Shown piece after piece: positions 13,371 to 27,042 of a stretch of DNA of 64,000 nt. The stretch is taken from NCBI RefSeq assembly GCF_006345805.1, contig NC_043013.1, forward strand, positions 45,880,001-45,944,000, given 5' to 3'. The notes under the pieces are model-generated. The model was not told the origin of the DNA and did no database searches. It was given only the letters and a program-made list of their open reading frames with translations. Within the stretch, counting starts at the first letter, position 1. Every line of letters starts with the position of its first letter. The position numbers and the translations under genes are program-made. Source of the DNA: Octopus sinensis (Eukaryota).

Positions 13371-13739
13371 ATAGGAAAAGGAAAGATCCAAAGAAGGGAA
13401 GACGGAGGAAAAGAAATCGCCAACGGTACACACGCGGTAGGATCAACAAACGAGTAGTCCATCCAATGAGAGATAGATATCATTTAATGTACAATGTATT
13501 AAAATAAGAACTTCTAATAGATTTTTTTGCCATTGAGACCCGTGGTTAGGCTGATTTTTATGACGTACCTTGTATCTCGAAGCAACCTTTGGGCTCTGAG
13601 CACATAGAACAAACCACGTCTTCAAAGCCCGATGATTGCTTCGACACACAAGGCACCTTATAGTAACGTTTCTCAATGCCAAGAAACTATTAGCCGCTCT
13701 TGTTTTGATATTGTGTACCGTACATTAAATGATATATAT

Positions 13740-13963
13740 GAGCTGGCAGAAACGTTAGCACACCGGACGAAATGCTTAGCGGTATTGCGTCTGTCGTTAC
13801 GTTGTGGGTTCAAATTCCGCCGAGGTCGACTTTGCCTTTCATCCTTTCGGGGTCAATAAATTAAGTACCATTTACGGACTGGGGTCGATGTAATCAACTT
13901 AATCCGTTTGTCTGTCCTTGTTTGTTCCCTCTATGTTTAGCCCCTTGTGGGCAATAAAGAAAT
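13740..13963 (+). mobile_element. SINE family B (tail type 2)
   Basis: Matches 12578-12802. Confidence 0.9.
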
Positions 13964-14083
13964 GTATATATCAATATATGTGTATATATATATGTGTATA
14001 TATATATATATATGTATGTGTGTATTTGCATATGTATTTATACACACACATACACACACACACACACATATGTATCTATATGC

Positions 14084-14128
14084 ACAGTCTGATGACGGCT
14101 TAATTGGCGGAAACTTCGAAATCGCTGT
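14084..14128 (+). ncRNA. Type-I hammerhead ribozyme motif
   Basis: ACAGT-CTGATGA-CGGC-TTAATT-GGCG-GAA-ACTTCGAAAT-C-GCTGT: 5-bp stem I, intact core, one mismatch each in stems II and III. Confidence 0.65.
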
Positions 14129-14202
14129 CAATATTACTGTTGTTAAAGAATAGTAAATCTATGTGCATAAATATATGTGTGTGTATGTATGTATGCATAG
14201 CT

Positions 14203-14322
14203 AGACAGACAAACAGATAGACAGATAGATAGACAGACAGACGGACAGACACATAGATAGACAGACAGACGGACAGACACATAGATAGATAGACAGACGG
14301 ACAGACACATAGATAGATAGAC

Positions 14323-14353
<31 letters not shown>

Positions 14354-14406
14354 CAGACGGATAGACAGACAGATAGACAGACAGACAGATAGGTGGATAG
14401 ACTGAC

Positions 14407-14437
<31 letters not shown>

Positions 14438-14441
14438 AGGG

Positions 14442-14518
<77 letters not shown>
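14203..14518. repeat. (GATA/GACA)n microsatellite
   Basis: Direct inspection. Confidence 0.95.
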
Positions 14519-14519
<1 letters not shown>

Positions 14520-14764
14520 AGTAGTAGGGGCAATGTCTATACATCTGCATACACTTGTATGAAGAAAAATGTTTGAATGTTTTCTCGCATATATGTATGC
14601 ATATATGCATGTATTTATATTTGGATGTGCGCATGTATGCATAAACGGAATATATTTTTTGTATGTTGTGGTGTGTAGATGAGTATATTGGGCGTGTACA
14701 TTTTCAAATCCATACTTCTGGTGTTTATGTGTGTTTAGATGTTTCTGTCAAAGATGGATCCAGT

Positions 14765-14833
<69 letters not shown>

Positions 14834-15354
14834 TATGTGGTCGGTTGTGTTTGTGTGGAAGGCAGATCCAGTGTGTATATGCGTTGAAGATAGCTCAAGT
14901 GGATAAATGTGTGTATGTGAGTTTCGATTGTGATTGTGTTGAAAATAGATCCAGCGTGTATGTATCTGTGTGTGTGTGTATGCCTGTATAAACATGCCTT
15001 TGTGAGTATGCATATGTATTATGTGTGCATATTTTATATATGTGTATGCATATATATGTGTGTATGTGTACATATACATGTGTGTTCGTGTATATGTGTC
15101 TATACATGTATATATGTGTATATAAATATGTATACATGAGTGTATATATATTTATATATATGTATATATATGTATATAAATCATATAAATATATCTGTAT
15201 ATATATATATATAAATATATGTGCGTATTATATATATATGTATGTCTGTGTATTATATATATGTATGGATGGGTGTGTATTATATATATATATATATGTG
15301 TGTGTATTATATATATGTATGTGTGTGTATTATATATATGTATGTATGTGTGCG

Positions 15355-15402
<48 letters not shown>

Positions 15403-15836
15403 GTATATACATATATATGTGTGTGTGGTGTGCGTGTGCGTGTATGTGTGCATCAGGTTATTTTGATTTGCATATCTTTAGATGTAATTAGATGTTTTCA
15501 CTCGTGTTTACAGATGTCTCTGTGCATATGTGGTTATATATTCGTGTAGAGACGCGTGTGCAAGTATGTGCGCGTGCACACGTGTGTATATGTGTGTGTA
15601 TGTGTGTGTGTGTCTGTGTGTTATGTAAAGAATTTTATGAGGCATGGGAATATGCTAAACAGATACACATTTCAAAGCATAAACAGTAACACGAGCTTGT
15701 GAGAGAGAGAGAGAGAAAGGTGGGAGAAAGAGAAAGAGAGAGAGAAAGTGTGAGAGAGGAAGATAGAGGGAGAAAGAGAGAGAGTAAGATTGATGAGAGA
15801 AAGATAGAATGCGTGTGTAAATATTTGTGTACGTGC

Positions 15837-15876
<40 letters not shown>

Positions 15877-15890
15877 TTATATATACATAC

Positions 15891-15939
<49 letters not shown>

Positions 15940-16057
15940 TATATATATATATACATATATACATATATACATACATATATATATATACATATATACATAT
16001 ATACATACATATATATATATATACATATATACATACATTATATATATATATATATAT

Positions 16058-16090
<33 letters not shown>

Positions 16091-17442
16091 GTATATATAT
16101 AATATATGTATATATATATATATATATATACAATGGATGTATGATATATGTATGATTCGCTTATATATATGTTTGTGCATACATGTTTATGTATATACAT
16201 TTTTTAACATATGTATATACATACATTTTTATAAATGTATATATCAATATATGTGTGTATATATATATATCATACTTAAGCGCACACACATTTAATACTA
16301 CATGCATACGCACACACATAAACACGCGCGCGCGCATGCATATTTCGATACGTATTTCATTCATGCATACACATACACAAAATATACTTGAATTTGTGAA
16401 TTTGCGGACACAGACGCGTATTTATGTATTTGAGCATAAAGTTTGAGAGATTGTGTACACGTGTGTATGTGTGTGCGTGTATGTGTATGTGTGTATGTGT
16501 GTGTACATTTGTGTGCGTTTGTTTTGTGTGTGTTGTGTACAGGGGGCGGGGGTTTGTTAGGTGGATGGTATTTATTGATGTGCAGTTAGTATTTATTCAA
16601 GTTAGCATTCGACGAGAGAGTCTCTTAGAAATGACAACACTTACAACTGGTTTCTTTGATAGAGACGCACCACCACCGCTACCAACAACAACAGCACCAC
16701 CACCACCAACAACAACAACAACAACACTCAGAAAGTCTCCTTAATTGCCTCGGGCTTCTTCACGTTCCAAGAACCTTGTTAGGTTAATGATGTGCTTGCG
16801 AAACATTTTTACAGAAATGGTACATTTTTCTACATTGCCATGGTGCTGTGCTGCCGACGAAAGACAGAGCATCTGCTCTGGCTTACGGTGGTGGCATAGA
16901 AGAAAAGATGGAGAGTAAGCGAAGGAGAGTTTGCCAGTAGGTTTGGTGGAACGCTAAAGTTAACCAATTAGAGATCGCTTGTCAATTAAACAGAATGTTA
17001 TTGTTGTGTGTTGTTTTCGTCTACCTGTTTGTTTGTGTGTTTGTGTTGTTCCTGTAATCACATGCCGCATGTATTTTAAGCACTGGAAATGTTTAATTTT
17101 ATACACTGGAATCATTAGGTAGACTTGGCAACTAACAAGATCTTGAGTGTGGAAATAAAAGTGACGTTACCTTGACTAATTGCTAAAGGTTTCTCACGAA
17201 CGAAATGAAAAAGAAAAGGAAGTCTTGGACACGCGTGTTCCAAATATAGATCAATGCTACTGCAACGTTACCAACAATTCTTGTTCCATCAATATGACTA
17301 TTATCAGACATTCAGCTTTTAATGTAATAAAATGTATCCATCTGTCTTGGAGAGAAAAAAATTTGTCTTTCGTCTAAAGATGCATATGTTAAATATAACC
17401 AACCAGCTAAGGATTGTTTTGGCGTTTCTAATGAAATATAAA

Positions 17443-17458
17443 GGTTACCATGGTAACC
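17443..17458. promoter_or_regulatory. Perfect palindromic RFX X-box motif
   Basis: GGTTACCATGGTAACC matches GTTNCCATGGNAAC; function unproven. Confidence 0.35.
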
Positions 17459-17747
17459 AACCTCCTAATAATGGTGTTATTAGTAATATTATTTGTATGT
17501 CCTGGAAATTGCTGCCACTGCTGCTGTTTATTTATGAGGATAATAATGGTTCATTAGTGTATATCCCGCTAATTGCTGCTCCAGCTGCGATTGTGATAAA
17601 TCTTATTACTGAAGGCTGTAAATTAACGTAACTGCTGGTAATTACTGCTACTGCTGGCTTTATCAGTAATGCTGTTACCGCTGCTGCTGTTGTTGCTGAT
17701 GCTGCTGCTCCTAATGATGATGATGATGATGATGATGATTGATAGTT

Positions 17748-17975
17748 CTTTCTGTTACTTGTTTCAGTCATTTGACTGCGGCCACATTGGAGCACAGCCT
17801 TGAATGGTTTAAGGCGAACAAATCGACCCCAAGACCTTTTTTTCTTTTTAAGCCTAGTAGTTTTTCTATCGGTTCTCTTTTGCCGAACCTCTTCATTACG
17901 GGGGACGTAAATATACCAACATCGGTAGTTATGTGGTGGTGCGGGACAAACACAAAGACACATAGAAACACACAT
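17748..17975 (-). mobile_element. SINE family A, 3' half
   Basis: TACTTGTTTCAGTCATTTGACTGCGGCCA... matches the family A tail. Confidence 0.8.
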
Positions 17976-17997
17976 GCATGCACACACACACACACAA

Positions 17998-18028
<31 letters not shown>

Positions 18029-18143
18029 CAGTATATACACATAATACATACATACATGCATACACACACAGACACATATATATATATTATAAAATTTACT
18101 TGGAAAAGATGCGCAGCGTTCAATCATGTAATAATATAAATAA

Positions 18144-18263
<120 letters not shown>

Positions 18264-18277
18264 TATATGTGTATATA

Positions 18278-18342
<65 letters not shown>

Positions 18343-18368
18343 TATATGCATATACACATACGTATACG

Positions 18369-18476
18369 TATTAATTGTTGTTTATGTTTTGTGACGTCCT
18401 GTACCACAAATGCATTTGTATATACGTAAACATGTATGTACGTATACGTATGTATATGCATATATATTATTTATAT

Positions 18477-18523
<47 letters not shown>

Positions 18524-18643
18524 ATTTAATGAACACAGCATATATTTTTATGTGCTACTAATAGCTTCATGCGAAGAAAGCAACTCAGATAACATGAAGC
18601 TATTGGTAGCTCATAAAAATATATGCTGTGTTCATTAAATAAC

Positions 18644-18679
<36 letters not shown>

Positions 18680-18790
18680 ATATGAATAATATATATGCAT
18701 ATATACATACGTATACGTACATACATGTTTACGTATATACAAATGCATTTGTGGGTACAGGACGTCACAAAACATAAACAACAATTAATA
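18369..18790. repeat. Long near-perfect inverted repeat (~200-bp arms, 21-bp spacer)
   Basis: 18369-18571 is the reverse complement of 18593-18790; related single-arm fragment near 33270-33350. Confidence 0.92.
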
Positions 18791-19938
18791 TTTATCACTC
18801 ACCAGATGGAGTACTTTTTTTGCTGATCTTACCTTCACGGAACAGTATGCTATATATATATATATATATATATGCACCCACACGTGACGGACTTCTTTTT
18901 AGTTTCCTTCTGCCAAATCAATTCACAAGACTTTGGTCAGCCCGTGGTTAGAGTAGAAGACACTTGTCCAAGTTGCTGGACATTTTCTATTCACCGTTAG
19001 TACTGGATCATAACCAAGATTCCAAAGTGTTAAACAGGTTAAAGGTCTTTTCTCCTATCAGAATCGCTATATCTGATTTGACTATCTGAAGATTTGAAAA
19101 CAACTCTGATTCGAAAGAAGTTCTTCAAGGATACCAGCTGCTTTGAAGGGATGGCTCCAAGGGTCCTGGCTTTAGTGACAGGAAATGTTAACACTCTAAA
19201 GCATAGAGATTATGAAACACCGACATTCTGTCCACTTAACCGTTTACAATTCTCCACTTTTCAGTAGCGTCGCTAGTGGGGGTAATAGGACGACTGACCC
19301 CGTCGGTGCTTTTTGGTGGCAGCATTTGTGGGTTTGCTGTATAAAGCTATGTAGGAGGCGGGGAGGGACAAACACAAGAGCTCCTCACCGCTGTCATTTT
19401 TGCGATACTGGTGGAAAAGAGAAACACTTGTTAACTGAGCCCGCGGCACAGTTTCAATTCCTCCTAACTATTTCATTTTACAAGCCAAAGTAATATTTTT
19501 GAGAAAGACACGTCATTTTTCTCAGTTGCCTGCAATCTGAGTTCAAATTCTGTCGAAGTCCATTTTGCTTCCGCGAGTAATAAAAGGAAGTTGCAATCCA
19601 GGGCGATGGGTTGGCTAAATTGATAGAAAATCAGACAACACATTACATTATTTTTGCTGGTCCTTTGTATTCCGATTTTGTAGATGATTCATTTAATCTG
19701 TCCTCTTTTTTGATACCTTCTCCACCTTATCTCTTGAGTGTTTTAAACTCAGTTCATTCTGTTGCGAGTATTCGAGCATTTGAAACAGGTCTCTGGTTTA
19801 GAGATAAGTTTCTCCGTTCCTCTTGAAAAAGAAGTGTCATAGGCACTGCCTTTGCCTCCCTAACTAAATAGTGAAAAAATCAGACAGCCCCTTTCCCGCT
19901 TTCTAATAAATATTTTCACTTCTGCCTCGAGAGTAAAT

Positions 19939-20348
19939 TACTCTTTTTTACTCTTTTTACTTGTTTCACTCATGTGACTGTGGCCATGCTGGAGCACCGC
20001 CTTTAGTCGAGCAAATCGACCCCAGGACTTATTCTTTGTAAGCCTAGTACTTATTCTATCCGTCTCTTCTCTTTTGCCGAACTGCTAAGTTACGAGAACG
20101 TAAACACACCAGCATCGGTTGTCTAGTGATGTTGGTGGGGGGACAAACATATACACACACCTACACACATATATATACATATATACGACGGGCTTCTTTC
20201 AGTTTCCGTCTACCAAATCCTCTCACAAGGCTTTGGTCGGCTCGAGGCTATAGTAGAAGACACTTGCCCAAGGTGCCACACAGTGGGACTGAACCCGGAA
20301 CCATGTTGTTCGTAAGCAAGCTACTTACCACACGACCACTCCTACGCC
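19939..20348 (-). mobile_element. SINE family A, full length
   Basis: Reverse complement of family A. Confidence 0.9.
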
Positions 20349-20912
20349 TGCCGTTAAGCTTATTATGAGCCCAAGAATCCATTGTTATTCATTAGCACTA
20401 AGTCAGCTCTCAAGCTATAGACTTGTCATGAAAAGCATTCTAGTAAAGACAATTCCATCTTTTTTGTATACCTATCTAAATGTGACGGCTTTGCATATGT
20501 ATTTAAATGCAACGGTTTCGGTGCCTTGACGGAGAGTTGGCTGTTATTTCTAGCAGAGGTCGAGAAATCACGCTGAGATCTTCCTCAGTGTCACTCGTTG
20601 GCGCGACCAAATTTTGTGTGTTCTTCGATAATGTGAAGCATCTTTGTCATTCTCTGTGTATATATGCGAAAGTGCGCGTATTTGTGTATGTGTGCAAATT
20701 AATATATATATATATACTTATATATTAACTTTTATATGCGTTTGTGTGTGTAAAAATACATACATATATATATATATATACATGCATACGTATATACATA
20801 TATATATATATAGTTAGATAGATATAGATATAGATATATATATGTATATATAAATATATATATATACAGATAGATAGATACAACGTATATGCATATATGT
20901 ATATTTATATAA

Positions 20913-20972
<60 letters not shown>

Positions 20973-21280
20973 GGAGAGAGAGACACAACACATACATACG
21001 CACGCATCAATACTTCGATTAACGTAATTAATATGTTCCTGTTTTTCACCTTCACAATCAGAAACTTTATCAATGGAACGCAACATATAATTCGCATTCT
21101 TTTTTTTTTGCTCTGTTGATAAGTTCTTTGAAATATTTCAGGAAATATCCATTTATTTGAAATACTTAAAGTTGTAATTTACGTCTTAATTTAAAATCTT
21201 TTACTTAAAACACTTAAAATATTTAACATAAGTAAATCTACAATGTTCATATGTAAGTGTGTGTGTGTGTGTATGTACGT

Positions 21281-21318
<38 letters not shown>

Positions 21319-21654
21319 TATATATATATACAATATGTATATAATATATTTATATGTATGTATATATATATATGTGTATATATATATATATTTATATATA
21401 CATATATATGTATATGTAATATATAATATATACATACATATATATATACACACACATATATATATGTATGTATACAATATATATATATAATATATTTATA
21501 TGTATGTATATATGTGTATATATATATATGTGTGTGTGTATATAATATATAATATATACATGTATATATATATATATATACACATAATGTGTGCATATAT
21601 ATGTATGTGGACAGATAGATAAATAGACAAACAGACAGACAGACAGATAGACAG

Positions 21655-21705
<51 letters not shown>

Positions 21706-22076
21706 CACGTACATATCAGCTGAAACATCTCTTGAACGACATAACTAATTCAATGAAAAAATATTTAGATTTTTCTATAGAAAAAAAGTCCTTTGAACTA
21801 AGCCGTAATTCAACAAAAATAAATATGTATATATAACAAGCAGAAAAACAAACAATGCGTGACTAAAAAAACTAAATAAAGTACTGTTGGTTCTGTTAGA
21901 TATCAAAATAGAGCGTTCAGCTGAATACGTTTTCTTATCAGCCTTTCATTCTTTCCAACAACAATGTAGCGACATCATTACAGATATTTTAACTTTCGTG
22001 CTTCGTTCAAAAATTCGCATTGTTTTGTGAAAGCCACTGCAAATCACATATCATTCCAATAAGTCGTGTTATAACC

Positions 22077-22307
22077 TATTTCTTTATTACCCACAAGGGG
22101 CTAAACACAGAGGGGACAAACAAGGACAGACATAGGTATTAAGTCGATTATATCGACCCCAGTGCGTAACTGGTGCTTAATTTATCGACCCCGAAAGGAT
22201 GAAAGGCAAAGTCGACCTCGGAGGAATTTGAACTCAGAACGTAGCGGCAGGCGAAATACCGCTAAGCATTTCGCCTGGTGTGCTAACGATTCTGCCAGCT
22301 CGCCGCC
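22077..22307 (-). mobile_element. SINE family B (tail type 2) with TSD
   Basis: Flanked by AAGT(C/T)GTGTTATAACC at 22061-22076 and 22313-22328. Confidence 0.9.
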
Positions 22308-22677
22308 TTATAAAGTTGTGTTATAACCGACCGTGAAGAACTCTTACACGACTTATGGATGTTTCTGTTAACCCCTAATGAGTTTTCTGGACGAAAGTCT
22401 CGTATTCAGCATGCAATAAATCCTAAATACCACGTTCATGAACTTTCCCCAATTCTTTTCCTTCATCGTTTGTACAAGACTTTCGCTGGTTCAGACTGTT
22501 TAATCCCCTATCCTCTGACCTTCCTTATGACATTTAGACACAACTGATTCCAAAAGACTCAATTAGATTCGAGCTTTTATTTAAGTTTTAATATCAATAT
22601 TTTTATTGCTTGCATAAGGTATTTTTTCCATAACTCTTTGAATAAGTGATGTATCCTCTCCATTTTCTTATTTGCCG

Positions 22678-22766
<89 letters not shown>

Positions 22767-22804
22767 TGTATGTGTGTGTGTGTGTGTGTGTATGTATATA
22801 TATA

Positions 22805-23183
22805 CACTTGTGTCAGAAATTAATTAGCACTTCTCAAATTTCTACATTAAATAGGTTAAATCAATTAACCTATGAGCTGTTCAAAACGTCTTACGCGATG
22901 AGAAAACTTAGTATGGTGTGATTTCGGTCCTGTGAGGCGCTACCTATATCTATTAAACAAAGGAAGATTTGTCTGCATCCACACTCCAAGTTGTTGTTGC
23001 ACTGCTATGTCAACATCATAAGGCTGTAGACTCTCAAACTGCTCTGCAAACAAAGTTACGTCATCGTTCTGCGCAACAGTGAACTCGCAACAAAGCAATA
23101 GTTCGAGATATGGCCACTAGGTGACAGCACATACCTTGAGTGAAGAGCAAATCAAGGGTGCTAATTAATTTCTGACGGTAGTG
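22805..23183. mobile_element. Tc1/mariner-type MITE
   Basis: TA|CACTnnnGTCAGAAATTAATTAGCAC TIR at both ends, TA flanks. Confidence 0.8.
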
Positions 23184-23519
23184 TATATATATGTATATAT
23201 ATATGTACATACACTTCCACACACTAACGTGCGAATACATGTACGCAAACACATACACACGTATACACACACACACGCACGCACATATACACACATGCAG
23301 GCACGCGTGCACGCGAAAAGTAATATCAAAGAAAATACAGAAATATTGCGGTTTTAAGTGAGAGATGTGTCACTGAGCATCATTTTTCTTGTCCAAAACA
23401 CTTTCATAAGTTTGTTTTAAACGTCCATGCTTTTTGTTAGACTTTTTAGTTAAGCCCTTTTCTCATACGTTCTAAGTGACGTAAAGCTTTCTTTTCATTA
23501 GCCCCAACCATGAGGCATG

Positions 23520-24262
23520 AATGTAGTACCATGCATGATGATACTGAGAATGAGTATCATGCATGTGAATCACATGCGATATACAGGGCAATCAGAGGGC
23601 TAAGCAAAAATTTTAGAGATTTCTTAGCGAGGAAGTAACTCAAATATTTGTTGCTTCGGTGGGTGGGGATTTTCAAAGTCCAAGAACAGCTTAATCTTCA
23701 TATCATTTGAATAAAAGGGTAATTTGTAAGAACTGACATCCAGGCTTCATCAAAATTTTCATCATAATTAACCAAGTATTAAAGAAAGAGCTAAATATCC
23801 ACTAATCTATTATTTTTGAAGTAGAGCAATGTAAGCCGTTTTGGAAGTCGTAAGCCTCTTAAGCGTGGATATAAAACAGCAAAATATCATTAGAGAACTG
23901 AAACTTAAGTCATTGGTTGTTTATCATTCTGGTAACCTAGCAGTAATAAAAATCGTCTCCAGATTTAATCTGTCTGTTATGTAGCAATCTAACACAAAAG
24001 CTTTGGTTACGTAGGATTTCTTAACTGGGTGGCTCGTTGAACATTTCTGCTCCCATTGTCAAAAGTTAATATGAGAAGACTGCTTTTAAAATCCAACGTG
24101 TTTCCGCTTGGCATGCTTGGAATCTGGATTCACTGAAAACGTGTTTGATAGTCTCCATCCATTTAGTCTACGACTGAAGTCATTTGTTCTACAAAACATA
24201 ATTTAATTATTACAATTTATTTGTTAAGAAATTATTACTGTTTTCAAGGTATAATATTTTAA
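23520..24262 (+). pseudogene. Second fossil Tigger/pogo transposase
   Basis: Colinear with 4200-4960 (shared TGACATCCAGG, TTTTGGAAGT, AAACTTAAGTCATT..TTGTTTATCATTCTG, TGGCTCGTTGAA). Confidence 0.7.
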
Positions 24263-24399
24263 AATAAATTTTAGTCAGTTTATTAAAAAGGGCAAAAATA
24301 AAAGAATAGTAGCACACACGAGGTTCACGTTGTGCTCCTATTCTTTTTCTGCCCTTTTTAATAATGACAAATACAGTGTACCTATTGCTAACTGTGTAT

Positions 24400-24890
24400 T
24401 ATATGTATTAGCCCTCCTAACCACTTAGACCTTCTGAAAAAGCCTAGAGGCACACTCAAGATCCAAACTTTATCTGCCCATCCCTACGGAACACTGAAGA
24501 GATGGAAATGGTATGGACGATTTTGTTGCCACTTGGCAGAAACGGCCGTAAGGAACTGATCATTTGCTCTTTCCTGTAATATTAATACATGTGTGTGTAA
24601 CACATAGTAACTAAATGTGTATGCATTCTTCTATTACTTTCTAATGCTTTGGAATAAATAGATACACTGGAGTGTCTACTGGATGATGTATGTCGTTTCG
24701 TATCCTCTCCATTTTCTTATTTGCCATATAAATTAAGGGTAAACCACTGTTTACCCCCCACCCGTATATGACACTCAATTTCGAGATTGCCACGCAATAA
24801 ACAGTATTTGGGTATGAATAATTGGGTACACTACAAGAAGTATATTGAATAGTTACTATCCATTAGTTGGTTGGTTTCCCAACGTCTACT
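24400..24890 (+). mobile_element. Non-coding repeat with hammerhead-like motif (PLE pLTR/retrozyme-like), copy 1
   Basis: Homologous to 35022-35610; conserved CTGAAGA and TGCC-N4-GGCA-GAAACGGCCGTA-AGG. Confidence 0.6.
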
Positions 24891-25000
24891 CTCTCATATA
24901 TATATATATATATATAATAGTAGGGAATATAATTCCAAACTTGCAGGGAAAAATTCAATTGAGCAATTCCAAATCAAATTTCACAATATATAATATATGT

Positions 25001-26158
25001 ATATAATTAAGAGAAATAACCTCTATTAAATAATTCAATAGGGAAAGACTTTATCTATATCATATAGAAAAAGTTAAATATATACTATAATAAATATTAT
25101 TAAAAAAATCACTAAATTAAATAAACATTAAATTGAATACGCGCGTTTCGTGACTATATTTTGAAATCGATAATAAAATCGATACGATTAAAATTAATTC
25201 TATTTAAAATTAATTCGATTTTATAATATAGCCACTCTTAAGGTCTAAAATAATAATAAAATAAATGTATGTATCTTAACATATAATAAATAAATATAGA
25301 AATATTAACTATAAATAATCTTAACTTAAATAATCGAATAAGATATAACAATATTAATGAAAAATAAAATCATAACTTATCTTATTGAAGAATTCCAGTT
25401 AACTGAAAAATTTTAACTTTATATTTAGAACCTAGCGTTGCTAAGAAATTTATCATGTGAAAACATGACGTAAATAAAAACTATATAATAAATAGATGGA
25501 AAAAATGTATTTTAGCTGTGAAAATAACAATATGTATTTTAGCTGTGAAAATAAGAAACAAACTAGATGTAATATACCATTTAATGGAAAAATTCTAAAA
25601 TCTCAATAATTTAAAACTAAAATATGTAAAATGCATAAAATAAACTAAATTTCGATAACTATATTGATCAATTTATTTATTTAATTTTCCTATTCCAATT
25701 ATGTAATATACATTACATAATCCACTGCTAATTTATACTCATTATACTACTACAAATTATAACTACAAAAATTAATAGCATAAACCAGGGTTTTAATATA
25801 TATACAAATTAGCTAAACTTATTATATAAGTAATTTAACTTATGTCTATATTTAATTTTTCACTGATTATCGGGATTAATCAATTTTTTATTATTAGATA
25901 ATATCTCCATAAATTCATTTGTATACAGTAAACAAAAATTATTACCTATTCGATAAGATTTAGCTTTACAAACTATTTCCCAATTTAAATTATACTTAAT
26001 TTAAATTATACTTAATTCCTTTAGATTTCAATTTAATGTTTATTTAATTTAGTGATTTTTTTAATAATATTTATTATAGTATATTTAAATTTTTCTATGA
26101 TATAGATAAGTCTTTCACTATTGAATTACTTGTTAGAGGTTATTTCTCTTAATTATAT
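25001..26158 (-). mobile_element. 5'-truncated Penelope-like element with inverted pLTR segment
   Basis: ~135-bp terminal inverted repeats; minus strand encodes GIY-YIG C-terminus KYNLNWEIVCKAKSYRIGNNFCLLYTNEFMEIL (~25905-26000); hammerhead-like motif at 25138-25249. Confidence 0.75.
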
Positions 26159-26161
26159 ATA

Positions 26162-26237
<76 letters not shown>

Positions 26238-26239
<2 letters not shown>

Positions 26240-26582
26240 CAATTGCAGCGTGGAAGGTGTTTATAAGCCATTTAAGAAACACACAAAAACCTTTAGATTC
26301 ACTTCAAAATTTAAATTTAATTTGTCAAAATATTTTCGTCTCTTTCAGCTCACGACCTGTTCACTGACAAAACTGAGATGCTGCACGGAGTTTTGTCAGT
26401 GAACAGGTCACGATCTCAAAGCGACGAAAATATTTTGACAAATTAAATTTAAATGCTGAAGGGAATCTAACGGTTTTTGTGTGTTTCTTAAATGGCTCAT
26501 AAACATCTTCCACGTTGCAATTGTTTTCGTTCCAGCACACGATCTCAGATCAAGTCACTTGCTATGCAAGTACATCTCCGTA
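26238..26582. mobile_element. Foldback element (137-bp arms, 14-bp spacer, unique tail) in (TA)n
   Basis: 26238-26374 is the reverse complement of 26389-26525; monomer at 47181-47370. Confidence 0.85.
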
Positions 26583-26587
26583 ATATA

Positions 26588-26616
<29 letters not shown>

Positions 26617-26619
<3 letters not shown>

Positions 26620-26915
26620 CAAAATTTAGAGGAATGACCACTAATAGTGGACAGCCTGTATGCTAGATATAGACGTCAAACTCGCCATTTACCACGAAGA
26701 ATGTGTTCTCAAGAAAAAGTTCAGCAATGAGAACACATTCTTCGTGGTAAATGGCGAGTTTGACGTCTATATCTAGCATACAGGCTGTCCACTCTTAGTG
26801 GTCATTCCTCTAAATTTTGTATGTATAAAATTTTTAATCTTCGGAGATTAAAAAAAATAAGCTAGGCCACTGGTTTTAATTGATTAATATCAATTTCTAC
26901 CCTTATTTAATTTTA
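26617..26915. mobile_element. Foldback element (95-bp arms, 16-bp spacer, tail) in (TA)n
   Basis: 26617-26711 is the near-perfect reverse complement of 26728-26822. Confidence 0.85.
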
Positions 26916-26967
26916 TATATATATATATATCTGTAAATGTAAAATGTGACAATTATTCGGTAGCCAT

Positions 26968-27028
26968 GATAAAACACCGAGTTTCGGATGTCGGGGTGGA
27001 AATCCACGCCGCCATCTCTTCAGTTATC
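26968..27028 (-). ncRNA. Type-I hammerhead ribozyme motif
   Basis: Minus strand: stem I GATAA/TTATC, core CTGAAGA and GAAA, long stem II GATGGCGGCGTGGA/TCCACCCCGACATC, stem III ACTCGGTGT followed by T. Confidence 0.7.
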
Positions 27029-27042
27029 CGGCCATCGGATAA

